A stretch of DNA of 64,000 nucleotides from Auanema rhodensis (Eukaryota > Animalia > Nematoda), in the NCBI GenBank assembly GCA_964057225.1, contig OZ059896.1, positions 22,196,001 through 22,260,000 of the forward strand, written 5' to 3'. A model generated the notes under the pieces. The model was not told where the DNA came from, did not search any database, and was given only the letters and a program-made list of their open reading frames with translations. The translations under genes and the position numbers were made by a program. Below, piece by piece: positions 11,201-25,963 of this stretch (position 1 is the stretch's first letter; each line of letters begins with the position of its first letter).

Positions 11201-14200
11201 TTCACACTTATATCCTCGATTTTCACCCTGAAGAATTAATTTTTTCGTTGAATAACATTGTCCATCGTCTTTGCCTTAAAAAAAGGAGTCTAAAAACATC
11301 TACTTTTTGTTAAATTATTCTGAAATTTTTTGAAAACATTTTTGTCAAAATGTTTTTGGAAGCAATGTTGATTGTACATGGAAACTCAACATACACTAAT
11401 GCATCATTTTTCAAACGATCATAACTAATTTTTGTATTAAGCGTTTCTCAATGTAGTATAGTGCATTTGATGCGGATTTTTAAGCTGCGTCGATCTGTGT
11501 TATCAGATTTGCGCTAGCTTAAAAATGCACCGAGATATCAACTGATATAAGTTCACACTTATATCCTCGATTTTCACCCTGAAGAATTGATTTTTTCGTT
11601 GAATAACATTGTCCATCGTTTTTGCCTTGAAAAAAAAAATCTAAAAACATCTACTTTTTGCTAAATTATTCTGAAATTTTTCGAAAAAAGTTTTGTCAAA
11701 ATGTTTTTGGAAGCAATGTTGATTGTACATGGAAACTCAACATACACTAAAGCATCATGTTTCAAACGATCATAACTAATTTTTGTATTAAGCGTTTCTC
11801 AATGTAGTATAGTGTATTCGATGCGGATTTTTAAGCTGCGTCGATCTGTGTTATCAGATTTGCGCTAGCTTAAAAATGCACCGAGATATCAACTGATATA
11901 AGTTCACACTTATATCCTCGATTTTCACCCTGAAGAATTAATTTTTTCGTCGAATAACATTGTCCATCGTCTTTGCTTTGAAAAAAGGAATCTAAAAACA
12001 TCTACTTTTTGCTAAATTATTTTGAAATTTTTCGAAAAAATTTTTGTCAAAATGTTTTTGGAAGCAATGTTGAGTGTACATGGAAACTCAACATACACTA
12101 ATGCATCATGTTTCAAACGATCATAACTAATTTTTGTATTAAGCGTTTCTCAATGTAGTATAGTGCATTCGATGCGGATTTTTAAGCTGCGTCGATCTGT
12201 GTTATCAGATTTGCGCTAGCTTAAAAATGCACCGAGATATCAACTGATATAAGTTCACACTTATATCCTCGATTTTCACCCTGAAGAATTAATTTTTTCG
12301 TCGAATAACATTGTCCATCGTCTTTGCTTTGAAAAAAGGAATCTAAAAACATCTACTTTTTGCTAAATTATTTTGAAATTTTTCGAAAAAATTTTTGTCA
12401 AAATGTTTTTGGAAGCAATGTTGAGTGTACATGGAAACTCAACATACACTAATGCATCATTTTTCAAACGATCATAACTAATTTTTGTATTAAGCGTTTC
12501 TCAATGTAGTATAGTGCATTTGATGCGGATTTTTAAGCTGCGTCGATCTGTGTTATCAGATTTGCGCTAGCTTAAAAATGCACCGAGATATCAACTGATA
12601 TAAGTTCACACTTATATCCTCGATTTTCACCCTGAAGAATTGATTTTTTCGTTGAATAACATTGTCCATCGTTTTTGCCTTGAAAAAAGAAATCTAAAAA
12701 CATCTACTTTTTGCTAAATTATTCTGAAATTTTTCGAAAAAAGTTTTTTCAAAATGTTTTTGGAAGCAATGTTGATTGTACATGGAAACTCAACATACAC
12801 TAAAGCATCATGTTTCAAACGATCATAACTAATTTTTGTATTAAGCGTTTCTCAATGTAGTATAGTGTATTCGATGCGGATTTTTAAGCTGCGTCGATCT
12901 GTGTTATCAGATTTGCGCTAGCTTAAAAATGCACCGAGATATCAACTGATATAAGTTCACACTTATATCCTCGATTTTCACCCTGAAGAATTAATTTTTT
13001 CGTCGAATAACATTGTCCATCGTCTTTGCTTTGAAAAAAGGAATCTAAAAACATCTACTTTTTGCTAAATTATTTTGAAATTTTTCGAAAAAATTTTTGT
13101 CAAAATGTTTTTGGAAGCAATGTTGAGTGTACATGGAAACTCAACATACACTAATGCATCATTTTTCAAACGATCATAACTAATTTTTGTATCAAGCGTT
13201 TCTTGATGTAGTATAGTGCATTCGATGTGGATTTTTAAGCTGCGTCGATCTGTGTTATCAGATTTGCGCTAGCTTAAAAATGCACCGAGATATCAACTGA
13301 TATAAGTTCACACTTATATCCTCGATTTTCACCCTGAAGAATTAATTTTTTCGTTGAATAACATTGTCCATCGTTTTTGCCTTGAAAAAAGAAATCTAAA
13401 AACATCTACTTTTTGCTAAATTATTCTGAAATTTTTCGAAAAAAGTTTTGTCAAAATGTTTTTGGAAGCAATGTTGATTGTACATGGAAACTCAACATAC
13501 ACTAATGCATCATTTTTCAAACGATCATAACTAATTTTTGTATTAAGCGTTTCTCAATGTAGTATAGTGCATTCGATGCGGATTTTTAAGCTGCGTCGAT
13601 CTGTGTTATCAGATTTGCGCTAGCTTAAAAATGCACCGAGATATCAACTGATATAAGTTCACACTTATATCCTCGATTTTCACCCTGAAGAATTAATTTT
13701 TTCGTTGAATAACATTGTCCATCGTCTTTGCCTTAAAAAAGGAGTCTAAAAACATCTACTTTTTGTTAAATTATTCTGAAATTTTTTGAAAACATTTTTG
13801 TCAAAATGTTTTTGGAAGCAATGTTGATTGTACATGGAAACTCAACATACACTAATGCATCATTTTTCAAACGATCATAACTAATTTTTGTATTAAGCGT
13901 TTCTCAATGTAGTATAGTGCATTCGATGCGGATTTTTAAGCTGCGTCGATCTGTGTTATCAGATTTGCGCTAGCTTAAAAATGCACCGAGATATCAACTG
14001 ATATAAGTTCACACTTATATCCTCGATTTTCACCCTGAAGAATTAATTTTTTCGTTGAATAACATTGTCCATCGTCTTTGCCTTAAAAAAAGGAGTCTAA
14101 AAACATCTACTTTTTGTTAAATTATTCTGAAATTTTTTGAAAACATTTTTGTCAAAATGTTTTTGGAAGCAATGTTGATTGTACATGGAAACTCAACATA

Positions 14201-16144
14201 CACTAATGCATCATTTTTCAAACGATCATAACTAATTTTTGTATTAAGCGTTTCTCAATGTAGTATAGTGCATTTGATGCGGATTTTTAAGCTGCGTCGA
14301 TCTGTGTTATCAGATTTGCGCTAGCTTAAAAATGCACCGAGATATCAACTGATATAAGTTCACACTTATATCCTCGATTTTCACCCTGAAGAATTGATTT
14401 TTTCGTTGAATAACATTGTCCATCGTTTTTGCCTTGAAAAAAAAAATCTAAAAACATCTACTTTTTGCTAAATTATTCTGAAATTTTTCGAAAAAAGTTT
14501 TGTCAAAATGTTTTTGGAAGCAATGTTGATTGTACATGGAAACTCAACATACACTAAAGCATCATGTTTCAAACGATCATAACTAATTTTTGTATTAAGC
14601 GTTTCTCAATGTAGTATAGTGTATTCGATGCGGATTTTTAAGCTGCGTCGATCTGTGTTATCAGATTTGCGCTAGCTTAAAAATGCACCGAGATATCAAC
14701 TGATATAAGTTCACACTTATATCCTCGATTTTCACCCTGAAGAATTAATTTTTTCGTCGAATAACATTGTCCATCGTCTTTGCTTTGAAAAAAGGAATCT
14801 AAAAACATCTACTTTTTGCTAAATTATTTTGAAATTTTTCGAAAAAATTTTTGTCAAAATGTTTTTGGAAGCAATGTTGAGTGTACATGGAAACTCAACA
14901 TACACTAATGCATCATGTTTCAAACGATCATAACTAATTTTTGTATTAAGCGTTTCTCAATGTAGTATAGTGCATTCGATGCGGATTTTTAAGCTGCGTC
15001 GATCTGTGTTATCAGATTTGCGCTAGCTTAAAAATGCACCGAGATATCAACTGATATAAGTTCACACTTATATCCTCGATTTTCACCCTGAAGAATTAAT
15101 TTTTTCGTCGAATAACATTGTCCATCGTCTTTGCTTTGAAAAAAGGAATCTAAAAACATCTACTTTTTGCTAAATTATTTTGAAATTTTTCGAAAAAATT
15201 TTTGTCAAAATGTTTTTGGAAGCAATGTTGAGTGTACATGGAAACTCAACATACACTAATGCATCATTTTTCAAACGATCATAACTAATTTTTGTATTAA
15301 GCGTTTCTCAATGTAGTATAGTGCATTTGATGCGGATTTTTAAGCTGCGTCGATCTGTGTTATCAGATTTGCGCTAGCTTAAAAATGCACCGAGATATCA
15401 ACTGATATAAGTTCACACTTATATCCTCGATTTTCACCCTGAAGAATTGATTTTTTCGTTGAATAACATTGTCCATCGTTTTTGCCTTGAAAAAAGAAAT
15501 CTAAAAACATCTACTTTTTGCTAAATTATTCTGAAATTTTTCGAAAAAAGTTTTTTCAAAATGTTTTTGGAAGCAATGTTGATTGTACATGGAAACTCAA
15601 CATACACTAAAGCATCATGTTTCAAACGATCATAACTAATTTTTGTATTAAGCGTTTCTCAATGTAGTATAGTGTATTCGATGCGGATTTTTAAGCTGCG
15701 TCGATCTGTGTTATCAGATTTGCGCTAGCTTAAAAATGCACCGAGATATCAACTGATATAAGTTCACACTTATATCCTCGATTTTCACCCTGAAGAATTA
15801 ATTTTTTCGTCGAATAACATTGTCCATCGTCTTTGCTTTGAAAAAAGGAATCTAAAAACATCTACTTTTTGCTAAATTATTTTGAAATTTTTCGAAAAAA
15901 TTTTTGTCAAAATGTTTTTGGAAGCAATGTTGAGTGTACATGGAAACTCAACATACACTAATGCATCATTTTTCAAACGATCATAACTAATTTTTGTATC
16001 AAGCGTTTCTTGATGTAGTATAGTGCATTCGATGTGGATTTTTAAGCTGCGTCGATCTGTGTTATCAGATTTGCGCTAGCTTAAAAATGCACCGAGATAT
16101 CAACTGATATAAGTTCACACTTATATCCTCGATTTTCACCCTGA
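8214..16144 (+). repeat. Variant domain C (most diverged monomers), containing a tandem 8-monomer duplication
   Basis: Markers GTTGATTGT, ATTCTGAA, CATCGTTTT, GGAGTCT, AAACATTTT, CTAAAGCATCATGT, CGTCGAATA. Markers repeat at offset 2807 (11624/14431, 12741/15548, 13201/16008). Confidence 0.9.
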
Positions 16145-19100
16145 AGAATTAATTTTTTCGTTGAATAACATTGTCTATCGTCTTTGCCTTGAAAAATGGA
16201 ATCTAAAAACATCTACTTTTTGCTAAATTATTTTGAAATTTTTCGAAAAAATTTTTATCAAAATGTTTTTGGAAGCAATGTTGAGTGTACATGGAAACTC
16301 AACATACACTAATGCATCATTTTTCAAACGATCATAACTAATTTTTGTATCAAGCGTTTCTCAATGTAGTATAGTGCATTCGATGCGGATTTTAAGCTGC
16401 GCCGATCTGTGTTATCAGATTTGCGCTAGCTTAAAAATGCACCGAGATATCAACTGATATAAGTTCACACTTATATCCTCGATTTTCACCCTGAAGAATT
16501 AATTTTTTCGTTGAATAACATTGTCCATCGTCTTTGCCTTGAAAAAAGGAATCTAAAAACATCTACTTTTTGCTAAATTATTTTGAAATTTTTCGAAAAA
16601 ATTTTTGTCAAAATGTTTTTGGAAGCAATGTTGAGTGTACATGGAAACTCAACATACACTAATGCATCATTTTTCAAACGATCATAACTAATTTTTGTAT
16701 CAAGCGTTTCTCAATGTAGTATAGTGCATTCGATGTGGATTTTTAAGCTGCGTCGATCTGTGTTATCAGATTTGCGCTAGCTTAAAAATGCACCGAGATA
16801 TCAACTGATATAAGTTCACACATATATCCTCGATTTTCACCCTGAAGAATTAATTTTTTCGTTGAATAACATTGTCTATCGTCTTTGCCTTGAAAAATGG
16901 AATCTAAAAACGTCTACTTTTTGCTAAATTATTTTGAAATTTTTCGAAAAAATTTTTGTCAAAATGTTTTTGGAAGCAATGTTGAGTGTACATGGAAACT
17001 CAACATACACTAATGCATCATTTTTCAAACGATCATAACTAATTTTTGTATCAAGCGTTTCTTGATGTAGTATAGTGCATTCGATGCAGATTTTTAAGCT
17101 GCGTCGATCTGTGTTATCAGATTTGCGCTAGCTTAAAAATGCACCGAGATATCAACTGATATAAGTTCACACTTATATCCTCGATTTTCACCCTGAAGAA
17201 TTAATTTTTTCGTTGAATAACATTGTCTATCGTCTTTGCCTTGAAAAATGGAATCTAAAAACATCTACTTTTTGCTAAATTATTTTGAAATTTTTCGAAA
17301 AAATTTTTGTCAAAATGTTTTTGGAAGCAATGTTGAGTGTACATGGAAACTCAACATACACTAATGCATCATTTTTCAAACGATCATAACTAATTTTTGT
17401 ATCAAGCGTTTCTCAATGTAGTATAGTGCATTCGATGCGGATTTTAAGCTGCGCCGATCTGTGTTATCAGATTTGCGCTAGCTTAAAAATGCACCGAGAT
17501 ATCAACTGACATAAGTTCACACTTATATCCTCGATTTTCACCCTGAAGAATTAATTTTTTCGTTGAATAACATTGTCCATCGTCTTTGCCTTGAAAAAAG
17601 GAATCTAAAAACATCTACTTTTTGCTAAATTATTCTGAAATTTTTCGAAAAAATTTTTGTCAAAATGTTTTTGGAAGCAATGTTGAGTGTACATGGAAAC
17701 TCAACATACACTAATGCATCATTTTTCAAACGATCATAACTAATTTTTGTATCAAGCGTTTCTTGATGTAGTATAGTGCATTCGATGTGGATTTTTAAGC
17801 TGCGTCGATCTGTGTTATCAGATTTGCGCTAGCTTAAAAATGCACCGAGATATCAACTGATATAAGTTCACACTTATATCCTCGATTTTCACCCTGAAGA
17901 ATTAATTTTTTCGTTGAATAACATTGTCTATCGTCTTTGCCTTGAAAAATGGAATCTAAAAACATCTACTTTTTGCTAAATTATTTTGAAATTTTTCGAA
18001 AAAATTTTTATCAAAATGTTTTTGGAAGCAATGTTGAGTGTACATGGAAACTCAACATACACTAATGCATCATTTTTCAAACGATCATAACTAATTTTTG
18101 TATCAAGCGTTTCTCAATGTAGTATAGTGCATTCGATGCGGATTTTAAGCTGCGCCGATCTGTGTTATCAGATTTGCGCTAGCTTAAAAATGCACCGAGA
18201 TATCAACTGATATAAGTTCACACTTATATCCTCGATTTTCACCCTGAAGAATTAATTTTTTCGTTGAATAACATTGTCCATCGTCTTTGCCTTGAAAAAA
18301 GGAATCTAAAAACATCTACTTTTTGCTAAATTATTTTGAAATTTTTCGAAAAAATTTTTGTCAAAATGTTTTTGGAAGCAATGTTGAGTGTACATGGAAA
18401 CTCAACATACACTAATGCATCATTTTTCAAACGATCATAACTAATTTTTGTATCAAGCGTTTCTCAATGTAGTATAGTGCATTCGATGTGGATTTTTAAG
18501 CTGCGTCGATCTGTGTTATCAGATTTGCGCTAGCTTAAAAATGCACCGAGATATCAACTGATATAAGTTCACACATATATCCTCGATTTTCACCCTGAAG
18601 AATTAATTTTTTCGTTGAATAACATTGTCTATCGTCTTTGCCTTGAAAAATGGAATCTAAAAACATCTACTTTTTGCTAAATTATTTTGAAATTTTTCGA
18701 AAAAATTTTTGTCAAAATGTTTTTGGAAGCAATGTTGAGTGTACATGGAAACTCAACATACACTAATGCATCATTTTTCAAACGATCATAACTAATTTTT
18801 GTATCAAGCGTTTCTTGATGTAGTATAGTGCATTCGATGCAGATTTTTAAGCTGCGTCGATCTGTGTTATCAGATTTGCGCTAGCTTAAAAATGCACCGA
18901 GATATCAACTGATATAAGTTCACACTTATATCCTCGATTTTCACCCTGAAGAATTAATTTTTTCGTTGAATAACATTGTCTATCGTCTTTGCCTTGAAAA
19001 ATGGAATCTAAAAACATCTACTTTTTGCTAAATTATTTTGAAATTTTTCGAAAAAATTTTTGTCAAAATGTTTTTGGAAGCAATGTTGAGTGTACATGGA

Positions 19101-22100
19101 AACTCAACATACACTAATGCATCATTTTTCAAACGATCATAACTAATTTTTGTATCAAGCGTTTCTCAATGTAGTATAGTGCATTCGATGCGGATTTTAA
19201 GCTGCGCCGATCTGTGTTATCAGATTTGCGCTAGCTTAAAAATGCACCGAGATATCAACTGATATAAGTTCACACTTATATCCTCGATTTTCACCCTGAA
19301 GAATTAATTTTTTCGTTGAATAACATTGTCTATCGTCTTTGCCTTGAAAAAAGGAATCTAAAAACATCTACTTTTTGCTAAATTATTTTGAAATTTTTCG
19401 AAAAAATTTTTGTCAAAATGTTTTTGGAAGCAATGTTGAGTGTACATGGAAACTCAACATACACTAATGCATCATTTTTCAAACGATCATAACTAATTTT
19501 TGTATCAAGCGTTTCTCAATGTAGTATAGTGCATTCGATGTGGATTTTTAAGCTGCGTCGATCTGTGTTATCAGATTTGCGCTAGCTTAAAAATGCACCG
19601 AGATATCAACTGATATAAGTTCACACATATATCCTCGATTTTCACCCTGAAGAATTAATTTTTTCGTTGAATAACATTGTCCATCGTCTTTGCCTTGAAA
19701 AAAGGAATCTAAAAACATCTACTTTTTGCTAAATTATTTTGAAATTTTTCGAAAAAATTTTTGTCAAAATGTTTTTGGAAGCAATGTTCAGTGTACATGG
19801 AAACTCAACATACACTAATGCATCATTTTTCAAACGATCATAACTAATTTTTGTATCAAGCGTTTCTCAATGTAGTATAGTGCATTCGATGTGGATTTTT
19901 AAGCTGCGTCGATCTGTGTTATCAGATTTGCGCTAGCTTAAAAATGCACCGAGATATCAACTGATATAAGTTCACACTTATATCCTCGATTTTCACCCTG
20001 AAGAATTAATTTTTTCGTTGAATAACATTGTCTATCGTCTTTGCCTTGAAAAATGGAATCTAAAAACATCTACTTTTTGCTAAATTATTTTGAAATTTTT
20101 CGAAAAAATTTTTGTCAAAATGTTTTTGGAAGCAATGTTGAGTGTACATGGAAACTCAACATACACTAATGCATCATTTTTCAAACGATCATAACTAATT
20201 TTTGTATCAAGCGTTTCTCAATGTAGTATAGTGCATTCGATGCGGATTTTAAGCTGCGCCGATCTGTGTTATCAGATTTGCGCTAGCTTAAAAATGCACC
20301 GAGATATCAACTGATATAAGTTCACACTTATATCCTCGATTTTCACCCTGAAGAATTAATTTTTTCGTTGAATAACATTGTCTATCGTCTTTGCCTTGAA
20401 AAAAGGAATCTAAAAACATCTACTTTTTGCTAAATTATTTTGAAATTTTTCGAAAAAATTTTTGTCAAAATGTTTTTGGAAGCAATGTTCAGTGTACATG
20501 GAAACTCAACATACACTAATGCATCATTTTTCAAACGATCATAACTAATTTTTGTATCAAGCGTTTCTCAATGTAGTATAGTGCATTCGATGTGGATTTT
20601 TAAGCTGCGTCGATCTGTGTTATCAGATTTGCGCTAGCTTAAAAATGCACCGAGATATCAACTGATATAAGTTCACACTTATATCCTCGATTTTCACCCT
20701 GAAGAATTAATTTTTTCGTTGAATAACATTGTCTATCGTCTTTGCCTTGAAAAATGGAATCTAAAAACATCTACTTTTTGCTAAATTATTTTGAAATTTT
20801 TCGAAAAAATTTTTGTCAAAATGTTTTTGGAAGCAATGTTGAGTGTACATGGAAACTCAACATACACTAATGCATCATTTTTCAAACGATCATAACTAAT
20901 TTTTGTATCAAGCGTTTCTCAATGTAGTATAGTGCATTCGATGCGGATTTTAAGCTGCGCCGATCTGTGTTATCAGATTTGCGCTAGCTTAAAAATGCAC
21001 CGAGATATCAACTGATATAAGTTCACACTTATATCCTCGATTTTCACCCTGAAGAATTAATTTTTTCGTTGAATAACATTGTCTATCGTCTTTGCCTTGA
21101 AAAATGGAATCTAAAAACATCTACTTTTTGCTAAATTATTTTGAAATTTTTCGAAAAAATTTTTGTCAAAATGTTTTTGGAAGCAATGTTGAGTGTACAT
21201 GGAAACTCAACATACACTAATGCATCATTTTTCAAACGATCATAACTAATTTTTGTATCAAGCGTTTCTCAATGTAGTATAGTGCATTCGATGCGGATTT
21301 TAAGCTGCGCCGATCTGTGTTATCAGATTTGCGCTAGCTTAAAAATGCACCGAGATATCAACTGATATAAGTTCACACTTATATCCTCGATTTTCACCCT
21401 GAAGAATTAATTTTTTCGTTGAATAACATTGTCCATCGTCTTTGCCTTGAAAAAAGGAATCTAAAAACATCTACTTTTTGCTAAATTATTTTGAAATTTT
21501 TCGAAAAAATTTTTGTCAAAATGTTTTTGGAAGCAATGTTCAGTGTACATGGAAACTCAACATACACTAATGCATCATTTTTCAAACGATCATAACTAAT
21601 TTTTGTATCAAGCGTTTCTCAATGTAGTATAGTGCATTCGATGTGGATTTTTAAGCTGCGTCGATCTGTGTTATCAGATTTGCGCTAGCTTAAAAATGCA
21701 CCGAGATATCAACTGATATAAGTTCACACTTATATCCTCGATTTTCACCCTGAAGAATTAATTTTTTCGTTGAATAACATTGTCTATCGTCTTTGCCTTG
21801 AAAAATGGAATCTAAAAACATCTACTTTTTGCTAAATTATTTTGAAATTTTTCGAAAAAATTTTTGTCAAAATGTTTTTGGAAGCAATGTTGAGTGTACA
21901 TGGAAACTCAACATACACTAATGCATCATTTTTCAAACGATCATAACTAATTTTTGTATTAAGCGTTTCTCAATGTAGTATAGTGCATTCGATGCGGATT
22001 TTTAAGCTGCGTCGATCTGTGTTATCAGATTTGCGCTAGCTTAAAAATGCACCGAGATATCAACTGATGTAAGTTCACACTTATATCCTCGATTTTCACC

Positions 22101-25100
22101 CTGAAGAATTAATTTTTTCGTTGAATAACATTGTCCATCGTCTTTGCCTTAAAAAAAGGAATCTAAAAACATCTACTTTTTGCTAAATTATTTTGAAATT
22201 TTTCGAAAAAATTTTTGTCAAAATGTTTTTGGAAGCAATGTTGAGTGTACATGGAAACTCAACATACACTAATGCATCATTTTTCAAACGATCATAACTA
22301 ATTTTTGTATTAAGCGTTTCTCAATGTAGTATAGTGCATTCGATGCGGATTTTTAAGCTGCGTCGATCTGTGTTATCAGATTTGCGCTAGCTTAAAAATG
22401 CACCGAGATATCAACTGATGTAAGTTCACACTTATATCCTCGATTTTCACCCTGAAGAATTAATTTTTTCGTTGAATAACATTGTCTATCGTCTTTGCCT
22501 TGAAAAATGGAATCTAAAAACATCTACTTTTTGCTAAATTATTTTGAAATTTTTCGAAAAAATTTTTGTCAAAATGTTTTTGGAAGCAATGTTGAGTGTA
22601 CATGGAAACTCAACATACACTAATGCATCATTTTTCAAACGATCATAACTAATTTTTGTATTAAGCGTTTCTCAATGTAGTATAGTGCATTCGATGCGGA
22701 TTTTTAAGCTGCGTCGATCTGTGTTATCAGATTTGCGCTAGCTTAAAAATGCACCGAGATATCAACTGATGTAAGTTCACACTTATATCCTCGATTTTCA
22801 CCCTGAAGAATTAATTTTTTCGTTGAATAACATTGTCTATCGTCTTTGCCTTGAAAAATGGAATCTAAAAACATCTACTTTTTGCTAAATTATTTTGAAA
22901 TTTTTCGAAAAAAGTTTTGTCAAAATGTTTTTGGAAGCAATGTTGAGTGTACATGGAAACTCAACATACACTAATGCATCATTTTTCAAACGATCATAAC
23001 TAATTTTTGTATCAAGCGTTTCTCAATGTAGTATAGTGCATTCGATGCGGATTTTAAGCTGCGCCGATCTGTGTTATCAGATTTGCGCTAGCTTAAAAAT
23101 GCACCGAGATATCAACTGATATAAGTTCACACTTATATCCTCGATTTTCACCCTGAAGAATTAATTTTTTCGTTGAATAACATTGTCCATCGTCTTTGCC
23201 TTGAAAAAAGGAATCTAAAAACATCTACTTTTTGCTAAATTATTTTGAAATTTTTCGAAAAAATTTTTGTCAAAATGTTTTTGGAAGCAATGTTGAGTGT
23301 ACATGGAAACTCAACATACACTAATGCATCATTTTTCAAACGATCATAACTAATTTTTGTATCAAGCGATTTTCAATGTAGTATAGTGCATTCGATGCGG
23401 ATTTTAAGCTGCGCCGATCTGTGTTATCAGATTTGCGCTAGCTTAAAAATGCACCGAGATATCAACTGATATAAGTTCACACTTATATCCTCGATTTTCA
23501 CCCTGAAGAATTAATTTTTTCGTTGAATAACATTGTCCATCGTCTTTGCCTTGAAAAAAGGAATCTAAAAACATCTACTTTTTGCTAAATTATTTTGAAA
23601 TTTTTCGAAAAAATTTTTGTCAAAATGTTTTTGGAAGCAATGTTGAGTGTACATGGAAACTCAACATACACTAATGCATCATTTTTCAAACGATCATAAC
23701 TAATTTTTGTATCAAGCGTTTCTCAATGTAGTATAGTGCATTCGATGTGGATTTTTAAGCTGCGTCGATCTGTGTTATCAGATTTGCGCTAGCTTAAAAA
23801 TGCACCGAGATATCAACTGATATAAGTTCACACTTATATCCTTGATTTTCACCCTGAAGAATTAATTTTTTCGTAGAATAACATTGTCTATCGTCTTTGC
23901 CTTGAAAAATGGAATCTAAAAACATCTACTGTTTGCTAAATTATTTTGAAATTTTTCGAAAAAAATTTTGTCAAAATGTTTTTGGAAGCAATGTTGAGTG
24001 TACATGGAAACTCAACATACACTAATGCATCATTTTTCAAACGATCATAACTAATTTTTGTATCAAGCGTTTCTTGATGTAGTATAGTGCATTCGATGCA
24101 GATTTTTAAGCTGCGTCGATCTGTGTTATCAGATTTGCGCTAGCTTAAAAATGCACCGAGATATCAACTGATATAAGTTCACACTTATATCCTCGATTTT
24201 CACCCTGAAGAATTAATTTTTTCGTTGAATAACATTGTCCATCGTCTTTGCCTTAAAAAAAGGAATCTAAAAACATCTACTTTTTGCTAAATTATTTTGA
24301 AATTTTTCGAAAAAATTTTTGTCAAAATGTTTTTGGAAGCAATGTTGAGTGTACATGGAAACTCAACATACACTAATGCATCATTTTTCAAACGATCATA
24401 ACTAATTTTTGTATTAAGCGTTTCTCAATGTAGTATAGTGCATTCGATGCGGATTTTTAAGCTGCGTCGATCTGTGTTATCAGATTTGCGCTAGCTTAAA
24501 AATGCACCGAGATATCAACTGATGTAAGTTCACACTTATATCCTCGATTTGCACCCTGAAGAATTAATTTTTTCGTTGAATAACATTGTCTTTCGTCTTT
24601 GCCTTGAAAAATGGAATCTAAAAACATCTACTTTTTGCTAAATTATTTTGAAATTTTTCGAAAAAATTTTTGTCAAAATGTTTTTGGAAGCAATGTTGAG
24701 TGTACATGGAAACTCAACATACACTAATGCATCATTTTTCAAACGATCATAACTAATTTTTGTATCAAACGTTTCTCAATGTAGTATAGTGCATTCGATG
24801 CGGATTTTTAAGCTGCGTCGATCTGTGTTATCAGATTTGCGCTAGCTTAAAAATGCACCGAGATATCAACTGATGTAAGTTCACACTTATATCCTCGATT
24901 TTCACCCTGAAGAATTAATTTTTTCGTTGAATAACATTGTCCATCGTCTTTGCCTTGAAAAAAGGAATCTAAAAACTTCTACTTTTTGCTAAATTATTTT
25001 GAAATTTTTCGAAAAAATTTTTGTCAAAATGTTTTTGGAAGCAATGTTGAGTGTACATGGAAACTCAACATACACTAATGCATCATTTTTCAAACGATCA

Positions 25101-25963
25101 TAACTAATTTTTGTATCAAACGTTTCTCAATGTAGTATAGTGCATTCGATGCGGATTTTTAAGCTGCGTCGATCTGTGTTATCAGATTTGCGCTAGCTTA
25201 AAAATGCACCGAGATATCAACTGATATATGTTCACACTTATATCCTCGATTTTCACCCTGAAGAATTAATTTTTTCGTTGAATAACATTGTCTATCGTCT
25301 TTGCCTTGAAAAATGGAATCTAAAAACATCTACTTTTTGCTAAATTATTTTGAAATTTTTCGAAAAAATTTTTGTCAAAATGTTTTTGGAAGCAATGTTG
25401 AGTGTACATGGAAACTCAACATACACTAATGCATCATTTTTCAAACGATCATAACTAATTTTTGTATCAAACGTTTCTCAATGTAGTATAGTGCATTCGA
25501 TGCGGATTTTTAAGCTGCGTCGATCTGTGTTATCAGATTTGCGCTAGCTTAAAAATGCACCGAGATATCAACTGATATAAGTTCACACTTATATCCTCGA
25601 TTTTCACCCTGAAGAATTAATTTTTTCGTTGAATAACATTGTCTATCGTCTTTGCCTTGAAAAATGGAATCTAAAAACATCTACTTTTTGCTAAATTATT
25701 TTGAAATTTTTCGAAAAAATTTTTGTCAAAATGTTTTTGGAAGCAATGTTGAGTGTACATGGAAACTCAACATACACTAATGCATCATTTTTCAAACGAT
25801 CATAACTAATTTTTGTATCAAGCGTTTCTTGATGTAGTATAGTGCATTCGATGCAGATTTTTAAACTGCGTCGATCTGTGTTATCAGATTTGCGCTAGCT
25901 TAAAAATGCACCGAGATATCAACTGATATAAGTTCACACTTATATCCTCGATTTTCACCCTGA
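16145..25963 (+). repeat. Variant domain D, including nine 350-bp monomers
   Basis: Markers GTCTATCG, AAATGG, GATGTGG, CTTGATG, GATGCAGA, GTTCAGTG, and the linked deletion+SNV GGATTTTAAGCTGCGCCG. Confidence 0.9.
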
